Assembly: GCA_951406725.2 (NCBI GenBank)
Contig: OX597838.1
Location: 15,500,001-15,564,000, forward strand
Source: Octopus vulgaris
Taxonomy: Eukaryota
Reading direction: 5' to 3'
Length of the DNA stretch: 64,000 nt
Shown: positions 13,214-26,488 of the stretch, one piece after another
Layout of the letters: each line of letters begins with the position of its first letter
How positions within the stretch are numbered: position 1 is the first letter of the stretch
The notes under the pieces: generated by a model
What the model was told of the DNA's origin: nothing
Databases searched by the model: none
What the model saw: the letters and a program-made list of their open reading frames with translations, nothing else
Made by a program: the position numbers and the translations under genes

Positions 13214-14214
13214 ACATACACACACATATACCTGCACCCATCCCCCCACACAAACAAATATGTAAGTATATATGGACACTTGCACACACTTGTGTAAGTG
13301 TCCATATGTATTTGTGTATGTGCTTTGGTTTACATACATAAAGTCTTCAGCCACTTAAGATCACCACATGTTTAGGACCAACAACACCACGGTAATAATT
13401 TGTTGGCGAACGAGGGCATAAATAGTAAATCCTAAGGTGGGAAACTTTTAGCCATGAGAACAAACTCTCTCCTCCTCCTCTTCCTTCTCCTCCTCTATCT
13501 CCACCTCCTCCACTTCTTTCTCCACCACCTCCTCCTCCTCCTCCACTTCTTTCTCCACCGTCTGCCCCCTCCTCCTCCACCACCACCTCCTCCCCCTCTT
13601 CCTCCTCCTCCTACTCATAATAATAATAATAATTTCTACATGAAGAACATGGCCTCAAATTTGGGGGAAGGGATTAAGTTGATTACATTGACCCCAGTGT
13701 GTAACTGGTATTTAATTTATCGCGCCCCCCCCCCCCCCAAGGGGATGAAGAGCAAAGTCAACCTTGGCAGAACTTGAACTCAGAATGTAGAGGCAGATGA
13801 AATTTCGTTATGTATTTTGCTTGGCATGCTAACGATTCTGCCAGCTCTCTGTCTTCAATAATAATAATATTCATCTTATAATTCATGGGAAGAGACCCTG
13901 AGAAACCCTGTGAGGCCATTGACAACTAACTGCTGTCCACTCTCACAGAATTAACTGGAGTGAGTAAGATCAAGAGCTCTGAGAAGTAAAATACAATAAT
14001 AATAATAATAATAATAATAATTAGTAGTAGTAGTAGTAGTAAAAGAACAATAAAAATGATTTCTAATATATTTTAATATGGATTCTTAATAAAATAATAA
14101 GTCAATGTATTTCCTGGCAAACCTATATGTAAACATTGAAATAGTGCTCTAAGGGAGTGCACACATTCCAAAGAAATCATTAAAATCATTACACATGGTG
14201 TATGTGTGTATGTA

Positions 14215-15540
14215 TGTATATGTGTGTGTGTGTAATTTTATGTCTGTTTTTCTGTGCCTACATGGTTCGGAGAGGTCTTATCCAGCACAGCGTTTCTCTA
14301 TTTGTTGCCGTTCTTTTTCATCTCCCCCATAAGGCTCAGCAGTCTGAGGTCAACTTCCACCACTTCTCACCCCTATTTTCCTTCATCTTCCTTTTGTGAA
14401 GCTTCCTTCTGCTTGGATTTCTTCAATCATTTGGCACTTCTTTATTCAGCTACCATCCTTGATCTGCATCGTATTTCTGTAGCAGGTCACTTTCCACCCA
14501 TGTCCACCCATGCACACTACATTTAATTCCTCTTACCAATTCATTTGTGCTCCAACATTTCAACACACTAATACTATACCTATTTCTTTACTACCCACAA
14601 GGGGCTAAACACAGAGAGGACAAACAAGCGCAGACAAACGGTTTAAGTCAATTATATCGACCCCCAGTGCGTAACTGGTACTTATTTAATCGACCCCGAA
14701 AGGATGAAAGGCAAAGTCGACCTCGGCGGCATTTGAACTCAGAACGTAGCGGTAGACGAAATACCTATTTCTTTACTACCCACAAGGGGCTAAACACAGA
14801 GAGGACAAACAAGCGCAGACAAACGGTTTAAGTCAATTATATCGACCCCCAGTGCGTAACTGGTACTTATTTAATCGACCCCGAAAGGATGAAAGGCAAA
14901 GTCAACCTCGGTGGAGTTTGAACTCAGAACGTAGCGGCAAACGAAATACGGCTATGCATTTCGCCCGGCGTGCTAACGTTTCTGCCAGATCGCCGCCTTA
15001 ATACTTATACCTTCAACAGACACTATCGCTACCATGCAATATTGCACTTAGTACATAAGTATCATACTCAGATGGAGAATCCCATTGTTGCTAGCAGAGG
15101 TATCAGCTCCCTAAACTTTCTCCATTTTCTTTTTACTCCTGTTGTTAAGTTTTGGCAACAGCCCACCTCCACTTCTAATTAGGCCACATGGGTAAGAGAA
15201 GCTGCCAACTCCTTCTAACGTATCCTCTGGGTTGAAAGAATTAATTTGATGAATACTTTTACTGCTAACTACTCCCTGTGCAGCTTTTCTGTTAACCTGC
15301 TTGTGAACCCACTGCATTTCTGTGTGCACCTATAGATTACATTGTGTACACAGTCTAGAATTCCTGCCTACTCTTTTTTTCTGCAAGTTGATCTTGCCCA
15401 TTTCTTAGATGTTCTGAATTCTTTTATTTTCTGCTAATAGACATTTTCGTCTTTGCTAAGTTTATTTTTGAATGCCTTCATTCTCAGCCCTGCTTCCTTG
15501 TTTCACAACTTTCCCTCCATTTTTGATACTGCTTCAGTTA
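14215..15540 (-). mobile_element. Degenerate RTE LINE 3' remnant split by a SINE dimer
   Basis: Minus-strand translation LEGVGSFSY..IRSGGG resembles the RTE F.YLG..I..GG region; many stops; boundaries approximate. Confidence 0.55.
14578..14998 (-). mobile_element. SINE family A tandem dimer
   Basis: Two ~185-bp near-identical units; flanking repeat taatact(t)atacc. Confidence 0.88.
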
Positions 15541-15557
15541 TAAGTTTTAGGTTGTTC

Positions 15558-15782
15558 GAGCTGGCAGAAACGTTAGCATGCTGGGCGAAATGCTTAGCAG
15601 TATTTCGTCTCCTGTTACATTCTGAGTTCAAATTCCGCCGAGGTCAACTTTGCCTTTCATCCTTTCGGGGTCGATTAAGTACCAGTTACACACAGGGGTC
15701 GATATAATCGACTTAATCCGTTTGTCTGTCCTTCTTTGTCCCCTCTGTGTTTAGCCCCTTGTGGGCAGTAAAGAAATAGGTA
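15558..15782 (+). mobile_element. SINE family A
   Basis: High similarity to 5799-6025. Confidence 0.88.
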
Positions 15783-16511
15783 TACAGAAGTTCTCATAGA
15801 TAGCTAGACTTGAATTTTCTATTATTGCCTAAATAACTGTAATAAATAAAAAGGGACTGTGAACTGAGCCCTTATGAATATCTACCTGTATGCTAAATTC
15901 CACACTAAACTCATTAATTTTAATTTCACTTATAACACCTATGGAAATAACTTGCAAGACTCTTCCAAGTCATTCGTCTGCACCCAATTTTTTAACAGCA
16001 ACCAGACTACAGGTTATGGTACCCTGTCAAAGGTCTTCTCCATATCAGCAAATGCTTGATGTAACTCTTGGCACAGAATCTCTGTTGTCATACTTAGAAA
16101 GGAACATTTTTCTAAGTCTGGTACTTATTCAATTGGTCTCTTTTGCTAAACTGCTAAGTTAGAGGGACATAAACACACTAACACTGGTTGTCAATTGGTG
16201 GTTGGGGACAAACACAGACACAGAGACATGCATGAGGTGATGACAAGTGATCGAGACTTTTGGCGCTTTGCTGTGCTTGAGAAGACTTGCCAAGTGAAAT
16301 CGTAGTTGTGGCCAGTGCCAGTGACATGTAAAAGGCACTCACTACACTCTCGGAGTGGTTGGCATTAGGAAAGGCATCCAGCCATAGAAACTAAGCCAAA
16401 AGCAGACTGGATCCTGGTACAGCTCGCCGTCTTGCCTGTTCCAGTGAAACTGTCTAACCCATGGAAAGAGGATGTTAAAAATGATGGTGATGGTGATATC
16501 TATATATATAT

Positions 16512-16738
16512 ATTTCTTTATTGCCCACAAGGGGCTAAACACAGAGGGGACAAACAAGGACATACAAAGGGATAAAGTCGATTACATCGACCCCAGTGCG
16601 TAACTGGTACTTAATTTATCGACCCCGAAAGGATGAAAGGCAAAATCGACCTCGGTGGAATTTGAACTCAGAACGTAATGGCAGACGAAATACGGCTACG
16701 CATTTCGCCCAGCGTGCTAACGTTTCTGCCAGCTCGCC
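16512..16738 (-). mobile_element. SINE family A with TSD
   Basis: Flanked by tggtgatatctatatata at 16491 and 16743. Confidence 0.88.
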
Positions 16739-17679
16739 ATCTTGGTGATATCTATATATACAACTGGCTTCTTTCAGTTTCTGTCTACCAGATCCACTCA
16801 CAAGGCTTTAGTTAGCCCAAGGTCATAGTAGAAGACACTTGACATAAGTGCCACACAGTAGAACTGAACCCAGAACCATATGGTTGGAAAGCAAGCTTCT
16901 TACCATACAGCTAGTAGTTGTAAGATTTGAACTTAGAGACCCACTGGCCAGTAGACCAAGTGACAGAGTACTCTCCCAGACTTTACAGCTATCGTGCCTC
17001 TTTAAAGACTTACACCTGCAAATAATAAAGGGAATCTCCCCCACCCCTCTTTCTACGGAGGGGTAGAGAGGTGGGGGGGAAGATTCTCATCCATTGTGCT
17101 TTCATTACCCTCTTATTTACAAGAGGGTAGTTAGTGAAAGGGCAAAGGTTAATGTAGTTTGCTGCTAATTAAATTACTTCTCACCTAACCCTTATGTAGA
17201 GTGAAGTGGATAGAGAGACCCTTATTGGTTCATCAGTTGAAACCATTCTTCTCAGAACTACCCTAGCATCCCATCTCACCCTCTACTTCACCATTCTCAT
17301 CAAGAATGTCCCAGGTTTCTTGTTCAGTTTTCGCTTAGTTTCAAGTTGTCGACATTAGTGAGGGGTACCAATTACGGTTGTTGTTGTTGTTGTTATGTAA
17401 GCTAATGTAGACATTGGTTACATCTTGTTTCTCTTCCCCCCACCCACCCACCCATTTCACACATTCTCATTTTTTTCCCTAAACCTCTTGTGTGTGTGTG
17501 TGTCCGTATGTGCGCACACACTTGCACACGCATACATGCGTAGGTACAGAAATATCCTCTTCTGCCTTCTTTCTATCTATATGTGTGTGTCTACACTGTG
17601 GGTGAGAGATATTTTTTTGCACAACCATTGGCAAAATAAAGTGTGTGAAAGTATATATATATATATATATAAAAGAGAA

Positions 17680-17721
<42 letters not shown>

Positions 17722-17741
17722 AAAGAGAATGTATATGTATG

Positions 17742-17773
<32 letters not shown>

Positions 17774-17780
17774 AAAGAGG

Positions 17781-17811
<31 letters not shown>

Positions 17812-18258
17812 GAGAGAGAGAGAGAGAGAGAGGTGAGTAAAGTTAAGGAGAGTGCAGGAAGTAGTCCTCTGAGATAGACCAGTCAAGTGGAGCACATATT
17901 GTATGTGGTGGTCACTTGAGTAAGAACTGTCTACTACTTAGTTTGAAAACAGAAGCTGTGAGGAGGAGATAGTGAAATAGAGAAATAAAGCAAACGGAAG
18001 ATAGACAGAGACATAGAGGGGGGAGGAAAAAAGATAAACAAACAAGAGCAACAAGCTGGTTCACTTGATGCAACAACATAACTTTGCCTTTTGGACATCT
18101 CTTTACTATTCATTGTAAATGTGTTGCCGTTATGAGACTGCAGCCTTGATGCAATACTATACGTGTAAGCTATGCTTCAATCTAATATGCATGATGCCTT
18201 GTTTTGCATGGTATAGGCATAGACCCATGTTAATAGATTTAACATACTCACACAAGCT

Positions 18259-18312
<54 letters not shown>

Positions 18313-18316
<4 letters not shown>

Positions 18317-18505
18317 AGACCGTTAGCTCCTACACGCATTTTTTTCTCTCCTTGTTTCTTTTCTGTGTACCTTTCTGTTGAAGAGCGTAGGCTCGAAACG
18401 TAAAAGACTTGTTCTATTTCTATTCCTGAGCGCCATACTAATACATTTGTTTGTTTGTACTCCACCTGCCTTCGTCTTTTGTTTATTTTCTTATACCTTC
18501 CCGTT
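18313..18505 (+). mobile_element. (TA)n-embedded element with hammerhead-like motif (probable Penelope-like terminal repeat remnant)
   Basis: ~190-bp insert between two long TA tracts; homologous to 49890-50060 on the minus strand. Confidence 0.65.
18371..18406 (+). ncRNA. Minimal type-I hammerhead ribozyme-like motif (A6U variant)
   Basis: cttt-CTGTTGA-a-gagc-gtag-gctc-GAAA-c-GTA-aaag: stems I and II pair perfectly, stem III is the ACGT palindrome. Confidence 0.65.
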
Positions 18506-18536
18506 ATATATATATATATATCTATCTATATATATA

Positions 18537-18586
<50 letters not shown>

Positions 18587-19332
18587 TACGTATACACATA
18601 CATATGCAGGTGTACACACAATGCATGCTCACAAAATCACACATACACACACTTACACACACACACATTGTGTATGTATATCATTTATCAAACTATAAAT
18701 TTGTGCAATGTCGAAAAACTTTGATGTGTGGAAGTATGATTAACTTTACATTCTTTACTAGACTATTGTGTGTGTGTCTGTGTGTGTGTGCATGGTGCAT
18801 GCATATATTGCATAAGTGCACATGTATGATGTCCATGCATATATATATGCATTAGTGTATGTGTGTTGTGCATGCATACGTATATATGTGTATACACAAA
18901 CATACATACACGTGCGTGCGTATATTTAAGTTTGTGTGTGTGTTTGGCTGGTCATGTGTTTACATTATGTATGTGAATATATGTTCCTGGACATGTATGT
19001 CTGCACATACATGTGAGTATATGTCTGTGTTTGTTTCCTGGTCGTTCCTTTTATTCTGTCTTCTCTGCCAATAGCTCTTTGTTTGTTTACATTTGTCGTC
19101 CTACTCCACACGTCAGTGTAAACTCCTTGTTTAATACTTGCGTTGTTCTATTGTACGTTTTGAACTCTTGTGGCTTAGTATACCATGGTCAGCTTCATCT
19201 TTCATCCCTTTGGGGTTGATAAAATACCAACCAGTCAAGTACTGGAGTCAATGGTACTAGCTTACCTCCCTCCTCAAAATTGCTGGCCTTGTGCCTAAAT
19301 CTGAAGCAGTCGGTGAGCTGGTATAATTGTTA

Positions 19333-19550
19333 AAGGCGGCGAGCTGGCAGAATCGTTAGCACACCGGACGAAATGCTCAGTAGTATTTCGTATGTCGCTA
19401 CGTTCTGAGTTCAAATTTCGCCAAGGTCGACTTTGCCATTTATCCTTTCGGGGCCGATTAAATAAGTACCAGTTACGCATTGGGGTCGATATAATTGACT
19501 TAATCCGTTTGTCTGTCCTTGTTTATCCCTTGTGGGTAGTAAAAAAATAT
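19333..19550 (+). mobile_element. SINE family A nested in an older family A copy
   Basis: 12-bp TSD gtataattgtta at 19321-19332 and 19551-19562. Confidence 0.88.
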
Positions 19551-21175
19551 GTATAATTGTTACCATGCCAGGCGAAATGCTTAGCAGTATTTTGTTTGCT
19601 GCTACATTCTGAGTTCAAATTCCGCCGAGGTCAACTTGGTCTTTCATCCTTTTGGGGTTGATAAATTAAGTACCAATTGAACACTGAGGGGACGATGTAA
19701 TCGACTCATCCTCTTCCCCAAAATGGCTGCCCTTGTGACAAAATTTGAAACCATAATTTTTATTATTATTATTATTATTATCATCATCATTATAAAGGTG
19801 GCCAACTGGCAGAATCATTAGCGTGTTGTGGAAAATGCTTAGCAGCATTTCATCTGTATTTATGATCTTATGATCTAAGTTTAAATTCTACCGAGGTTGA
19901 CTTTGCCTCTCATCCTTTCAGGATGAGACGAATGAAAGATGAATAACAAGAAAGGGTTTTGGGTGTAGGGGGCATGGAGTGAAATTGTTGTTTGTGAAAT
20001 CATCCAAGCAACCAAGTGGGGGGGTTTTCGGAATCTAGGATTGTTGTTTGTGATACTAGTAAACATTTTAAAAAGACTAAATAATACTGCTGACACAATT
20101 AGCCGAGAATTTCTGACAAGAATCACAATGAGAACACTTGAGCTGTGATTCCTTCCCTACATTTATGGTGTTGTTTGTTTATGAAGTCATTTTGCATTCA
20201 CACACACTCATTCATGCATATGTACACGTACACACACACATATGGATGCACACATGCACACTAACCTCCATTCTCCTCGGCTCTCTTGCCTTTCTTTTCT
20301 TTTTCTCTCTTGATTTATTTACATTTTTTTTTTGTAATTGCAAGCTAAACTATTTCTGAATAACTTCCTGCTGGTATATTTGTGAGTGTGTTTATGTGCG
20401 GTTGTTTGTCTGTCCCTTGTTTCCCCACTCCCTTCTCCTCTACAGGAAATAGTCCACTCTAGTTTCCATAGTGCTTGCGTCCCTTCAGCGGCACTCCCCC
20501 CCCCCCACTCTCTCGCTCTCTCTCTCCATGTGTTTGTGTGTGTTGGCTGCTGATCAACCTATTTTAAGACCGCAGAGTGAATTAAGCTTGTGGGGGAGTT
20601 GACTGTTATTTCTAGCGAGTTAAGCAACTCCATAAACACTTCCTTGTTTACTTGAGAGGGTTCTTTGTTGTCTAATTATAAAACAGCTGTTGTATGCATT
20701 ACACACATAGTGGTATCATCGCATTAGCATAATATGCCAATCAGTGTTGCTGTTATACTGTTGCACAGCTGTTGTATTGCCTTATGTCCATTGCCAGTTG
20801 TGCAACTGTTGAATTGTCACATATCTATTGCCTGTTGTGCATCTTTTGTATTGTTGTATATCCATTGCCTGTTGTGCATCTGTTACTATTGTCACATGTC
20901 CGTTCACAGTTTGTATCTGCTGCATTGTCCATTGATTATTGTATATGATGTATTGTCCCATGCAAAAGTATGCTGTTGTGAAGAACTCGGTGTAGATGAG
21001 TAGGATATGTTGGAAGGAAAGATGATTGCTGCATTCCAGAAATTATTTTGTGTGACCAACAAGTAGAGGGATTCCATGGTAAAGGAAGGTCTGTCCTTAG
21101 GTATAAGGATAAGTTAAAACAATCACTAATGTCTCTACAGCTTAATTTGACATCTTGGAATGTCATTGCCTAGAT

Positions 21176-21376
21176 CAGTGGTTTTCAACCAGGGTTCCGC
21201 TAGTACATTCTAGGGGTTCCGCAAGAAGTTACAAAACTGCTAAAATCGGCAGTAATTTTTAATTCTCCTGTGCAGATATGTGTGCATAAGACTATTAAAT
21301 TATTGCACAGGGATTCCTCGAGCCAGTGGAATGTTTCCTTGGGGTTCCGCTCCAGCAAAAAGTTTGAAAAGCACTG
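21176..21376. mobile_element. hAT-type MITE
   Basis: TIRs cagtggttttcaa / ttgaaaagcactg; perfect 8-bp TSD gcctagat. Confidence 0.9.
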
Positions 21377-21944
21377 GCCTAGATTGATCTGCATGACGTA
21401 AAATGTGTCACGATGCATCAGAACAACTTGAGGTGAAGAAACAGAACAATAAAAGAAATATATCCTGCGATCAACAGTCACATTTTCCCAATCCCAGGCA
21501 AAATCTAAATCATCATCGTCCCCATTGGGACTTCATAGCAAAATCCATACCCGGACTCAAATTATATCCATGCATCCATTGCAAATAAATGCAGCATCTT
21601 TTATTCTTTTACTTTTAAAGTTGTTTTGTTTTTTCCTTTGTCTCACATTTTTGTCTTTTTCTCAATTTTTTTTTTTTTATAAATCCTCTCCTTCAAACTC
21701 TCATACGTTGAAATGGACGGGAGTGACCATCGTCACATGATCAATGCCAGTTGTACATCTGTTCCTTGCATCTCGTATATCATTCTAGTTATTATCAAAA
21801 CATTTGCTGCTTGTCATTGTGCATCTTGTTACACATTGTTTAGTAATTGTATGACTTTTGTCACATCTTGTACAAAATATTCCGTTGTGTTGCATTTACT
21901 CCTTGTACAACAAAATAACTAGTTTAATATTCTATTGGGTCACA

Positions 21945-22100
21945 CGCCTTGAAGATTTTAGCCAAATGAATTTACCCCGGTACTTATTTTTTAAAAGCTT
22001 GGTACTTATTCTGTTGGTCTCTTTTACTGAACAACTAAGTTACGGGGATGTAAACAAACCACCACTGGTCATCAAATGGTGGTAGGGGAGACAAACACAG

Positions 22101-22144
<44 letters not shown>

Positions 22145-22300
22145 GATTAGCTTCTTTCAGTTTCTGTCTACCAAATCCACTCACAAGACTTTGGTCAGCT
22201 CAAGGCTATAATAGAAGACACCTACCCAAGATACCACACAGACTGAAACCGGAACTATTGGTTGGGAAGCAAGCTTCTTACCACACATCCATGCCTGCAT
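21945..22300 (-). mobile_element. SINE family B with internal (CA)n
   Basis: Reverse complement of the family B consensus seen at 32557. Confidence 0.8.
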
Positions 22301-22497
22301 ACTTTTCTTCTTATTTATAAATCCAAACATTCATGTATGAATCATATATTGTGTGTGACATACATGAGATCAACACCTGTATTCAAACACACCTTTGTTG
22401 TGCCAAACAGTATACTGCTTTTGATCCACACTTACCTATTGGACTCGTTTAGTGAGGACTTCTGTTTTCATTTTTGCTTTTTTTTCTGTATTTTCAG

Positions 22498-22573
22498 ATG
22501 ATCAGTTAGGTGACGGTGAATCTCTCACTTCCAATAACACAGCTTGGCGACAAGGCAGACAACTTCTACGACA
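22498..22573 (+). CDS. STRN3: Striatin exon: (D)DQLGDGESLTSNNTAWRQGRQLLR(Q), calmodulin-binding region
   Basis: ttttcag acceptor, gtaagt donor; 76 nt, phase 1 to 2, in frame with both neighbours; W.QGRQLLRQ striatin motif. Confidence 0.95.
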
Positions 22574-23702
22574 GTAAGTACAACCCTGTACAACCCCCTA
22601 TATATCTCTCTCCTCTTTGTACCGCCTCCAATTACTACTACTACTACAAACAATTGAAATAGCTTCTCACCATCTTGCTCTTGCTTGTCTCTAGATATCT
22701 AACTCTTGAAGTCCTGTAGTACTTTTTCTATATAAAGCTAATCCTGTTAAGAAATAAGAGATTGAAATAGAATGCCCAGTAGAGCTCCTACAAAAAGTTT
22801 GCCTCTTAGGGGCAGCAAGGATTATCAGGAGAGTTCTAAACATTTAAAAGACTGCCGAAAACATGTGGATATCTAAGGTCACAAGTAATAACCTGCTACC
22901 CCCATAAATCCTATCAGGAATAAGACCAAACCTGAGCTTTGTTCCTTCAATAATAACATATAAAAAGCACCCAGCACCCTCTGTTAAGTGACTGGCAAGG
23001 GCATCCAACCTTAGAAACCATGCCACAATAGACAGGGTCTGGACAGCTCCGTGTCAAATTGTCCATTCCATGCCAGCATGGAAAGTGAACATTAAATGAT
23101 AATGATGATGTCTCAAAGTTTTGGCTCAAGGTTAGCAGTATTAGGGAGATGGGGTAGTTGATTACATCAACTCCTTTATTTGACTAGTACTTGATTTTTA
23201 TATATCTTGAAGGGATGAAAAGTAAAGTTGACCGTAGCAGAATTTGAACATGGAACATACCGAGTCAGAAGAAATGCTACTAAGCATTTTGGTTAAAGTG
23301 CTAATGAATCTGTCAGCTCACTGCCTTAATAATAATAATGATAATAATAATAATAATAATAATTGTTTCAAATTTTTGCTCAAGGCCAGCAATTTCAGGA
23401 AAGAGTTAAGTTGAAAGGATGTAAGGGAAAACAGATCTCTGTGAAATATGAACTTCAAACATAAAGACAGATGAAATGCAACTAAGCGTTTTGCTCAGCA
23501 TGTCAACAATTCTGCCAGCTCACTGCTTCAGTGTTCAGTTATGATAAAAACAATTTCATGTTAATCTGATGGATTACTCTATACTTTTGTAGAGTACAAA
23601 TTTATTATTCTGTTGACAGTAACTTCAAAGTTTTGGCCAGTTAAGCCATCATTGGACTGCCAAAACTTCTTAGTTGGCATGAACAACATTCCTATTTAAG
23701 AA

Positions 23703-23965
23703 TCATCATCATCGTTTAGCATTCGCTTTTCATGCTAGCATGGGTTGGACAGTTCAACTGGGGTCTGGGAAGCCAGAAGGCTGCACCAGGCCCAGTCTGA
23801 TCTGGCAATGTTTCTATGGCTGGATGCCCTTCCTAACGCCAACCACTCCGTGAGTGTAGTGGGTGCTTTTACGTGCCACCTGCACAGGTGCCAGGCGAGG
23901 CTGGCAACGGCCACGATCGGATGGTGCTTTTTACGTGCCACCGGCACGATTATGTGTCACCGGCA
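23703..23965 (-). mobile_element. Family D retroposon with (GAT)n tail (RTE-type 3' end)
   Basis: Shared ggaagggcatccagc ... ccatgctagcatgga ... gatgatga with 42975-43495 and 45163-45420. Confidence 0.78.
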
Positions 23966-24709
23966 CAATACATATATATATATGATTAAATAATAAGGGT
24001 AGAAATTGATGCTAATCAATTAAAACCAGTCGCTTAGAATATTTAAAAATCCGAAGATTAAAAACTGTGTTACATACAAAATTTCGAGGAATGACCACTA
24101 AAGTGGACACCCTATTTGCTTAGCATAGATGTCAAATCGCCATTACCACAAATAATGTGTTCTCAGGGAAAAAATCTCAGCAAAACACCAAAATGTAAAA
24201 ATGAGCAAGGCAAATGAAAACATACAAAATAAAAACGATATATACTTACATATACATATAAAGAAATGGAAAAGTAGAGGTGAGAGAACACAAAATTAGA
24301 TTGTTAGTAATGGGGGGGGTGTCCATGGCAACAACTACAGAAGTGGAATGTAGTTTATGAACAAAGTATAAAGACACACATATAAGAGTTATAGATAATG
24401 AGTTGGGATAAGGTAAAGGAGATAATTAAGCTTGAGGTAAGTCGTATTTGGGTTGTAAAATTAACTTCTTGATCATGATAGATTTATGGTGTTCTGGGCA
24501 GAAAGATCTTGACAGGCTGGCAGTTTGCATATTAATGTAGTTGCTACCTTTTAACAGTAGCTGACTTTTATCATTTTAAAAGGCATGTATAAATCACACT
24601 CATGTTTAAAGTTCCTGACAGGGTGCATATACACAATCTTGTAAATATATATATACATATATTCATGTAAACAAACATAAACATATGTGTGTGTATTCAT
24701 ATATGTATA

Positions 24710-24744
<35 letters not shown>

Positions 24745-24984
24745 CTATACATATACATAAATGCAGGCACTTCATACTGGTAGCGTCTCATTTACACACA
24801 CCCATGCATAGAATATAGGTAGTTACAGGCAGACCTATTGCCTGCTGCTAGTATAATACTTTTGCAAGTTGGAATGAGGTCATGTGTTAGCTTCCAAGTT
24901 CTCTGGAACTACTTAATAGATTTGATGTGTATATAAATGGATTGGCTACTTGGTTTCTCTGGAATTGGTTAAGTGATGTAGACA

Positions 24985-25025
24985 CCTCTGGTGAGACCTG
25001 AATGAGGGTTGAAAATCGATTTAGG
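24985..25025 (+). ncRNA. Degenerate minimal hammerhead ribozyme-like motif
   Basis: cct-CTGGTGA-gacct..gggtt-GAAA-atcgat-TT-agg; palindromic stem III aatcgatt; A6 is G. Confidence 0.55.
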
Positions 25026-25993
25026 CTGTTTGTCATTTTTTTCATTTATAGAGAAATAAATAAATTTGGCATGTTTCTATGTCTATTATGTAGGTGTGTG
25101 GCCTAGCGATTAAGGTACTACGCTCATGATTGCAAGATCATGGTTTTGATTACTGGACTGGTCAGTGTGTTTTGTTCTTGAGCAGAACACTTTATTTCAT
25201 GTTGCTCTGCTCTATCACTTCAACATGTGGCATGTACAGCACACACATTTGATCAGCATAAGGTAATCATCTGTGCAGGTTGTTCACCAAGAAGTTATGG
25301 AACCCTCACCCATATTTTACGACATGAAAGTCCACCATTACAACCAAGATGTAATCTAGAATTATACACATGTAGCCATAGATTGTCCCATGGATATAAA
25401 CTCTGAGCAGTATAAGATTTCGTGAGTTCAACAGTGATGATAAAAGCAAGGGTATGTATGGAATAAATGAAATTTTATCTGGCAAATATACCAGTAACAG
25501 GAGGAAATTAGTGTTTAGGTGTTATTAAAGTGTGGCAAAGTCAATAGTAGTACCAATAATGTCCATGATATTACCTTCGTTATTAGTGTAACTCAGGGAT
25601 ACATAAGTTATTATTTGTTGTGGTGTAGGATGATAGAAGAGGGATTTTGAAGAGAATGAGTGCAAGAAGTGGGGTGTTTAGTAAGCTATAATGTACTGTT
25701 TAGACAGTGTATACTAACAAAGAGAAAATTATTTCACTAAACTTCAGGGTAGTGATTAATTATCATATATTCATATTTTAGGTTATCACTAATACCATGG
25801 TACTGAAATGTCTATTTCATTCTATGTTCACAGGAAACCGGTAATTTGTTTTGTTTATTTAACGAGTGTCCTGTGTTGGTAAAGAGTATCTTCAACTCTT
25901 CTCTAGTACTCAGTCCACAAGCTTGTCTTTTTCCTCTGATGATGATATTTGTGATTATGTTTGACTCTCTCTCTCTTTTCTCCACTATTTCAG

Positions 25994-26170
25994 ATACTTA
26001 CATGAGATTGGTTACACCGATACCATAATTGACGTTAGGTCAGCAAAGGTGCGCTCCTTACTGGGACTTCAACCTCACAACTCCGAAACTGATTGTACCC
26101 AAGCAGCACTGATCAATGGAGAACAACCAAGTAAACCAAGACCTGTTGATGAAGAACCCCAGACAAAAAG
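25994..26170 (+). CDS. STRN3: Striatin exon: YLHEIGYTDTIIDVRSAKVRSLLGLQPHNSETDCTQAALINGEQPSKPRPVDEEPQTK
   Basis: tttcag acceptor, gtaagc donor; 177 nt, phase 2 to 2; YL.E.GYTDTI.DVRS..VRSLLGL is the striatin signature. Confidence 0.96.
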
Positions 26171-26250
26171 GTAAGCATCTGCTTATGATATTGCCAGTCT
26201 GTCTGTCCAGGTGTGTATGGGAAATAGATGAGAAAACCTTACCTTAAGAT

Positions 26251-26488
26251 CAGGGGTTCCCAACCCTTTTCAGGCTGCTGCCCCTTGGCAGATAGGCTGC
26301 ATTCCTAGCCCCACCCCTCCTTCATGCACCACAATTACCACCACAAACAAACCACTTTTTGCACAAAATTCAAAACAGCTGTATTTCACAAAACTTTACC
26401 TAATTATTGCCCTACTTCAACCCCACCCCCACAGATCTTTTCACTGCCTCCACTGAGGCAGTGGTAGCGCCTACTTTGGGAACCACTG
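26251..26488. mobile_element. hAT-type MITE
   Basis: TIRs caggggttccca / tgggaaccactg; imperfect TSD cttaagat / cttagat. Confidence 0.75.
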
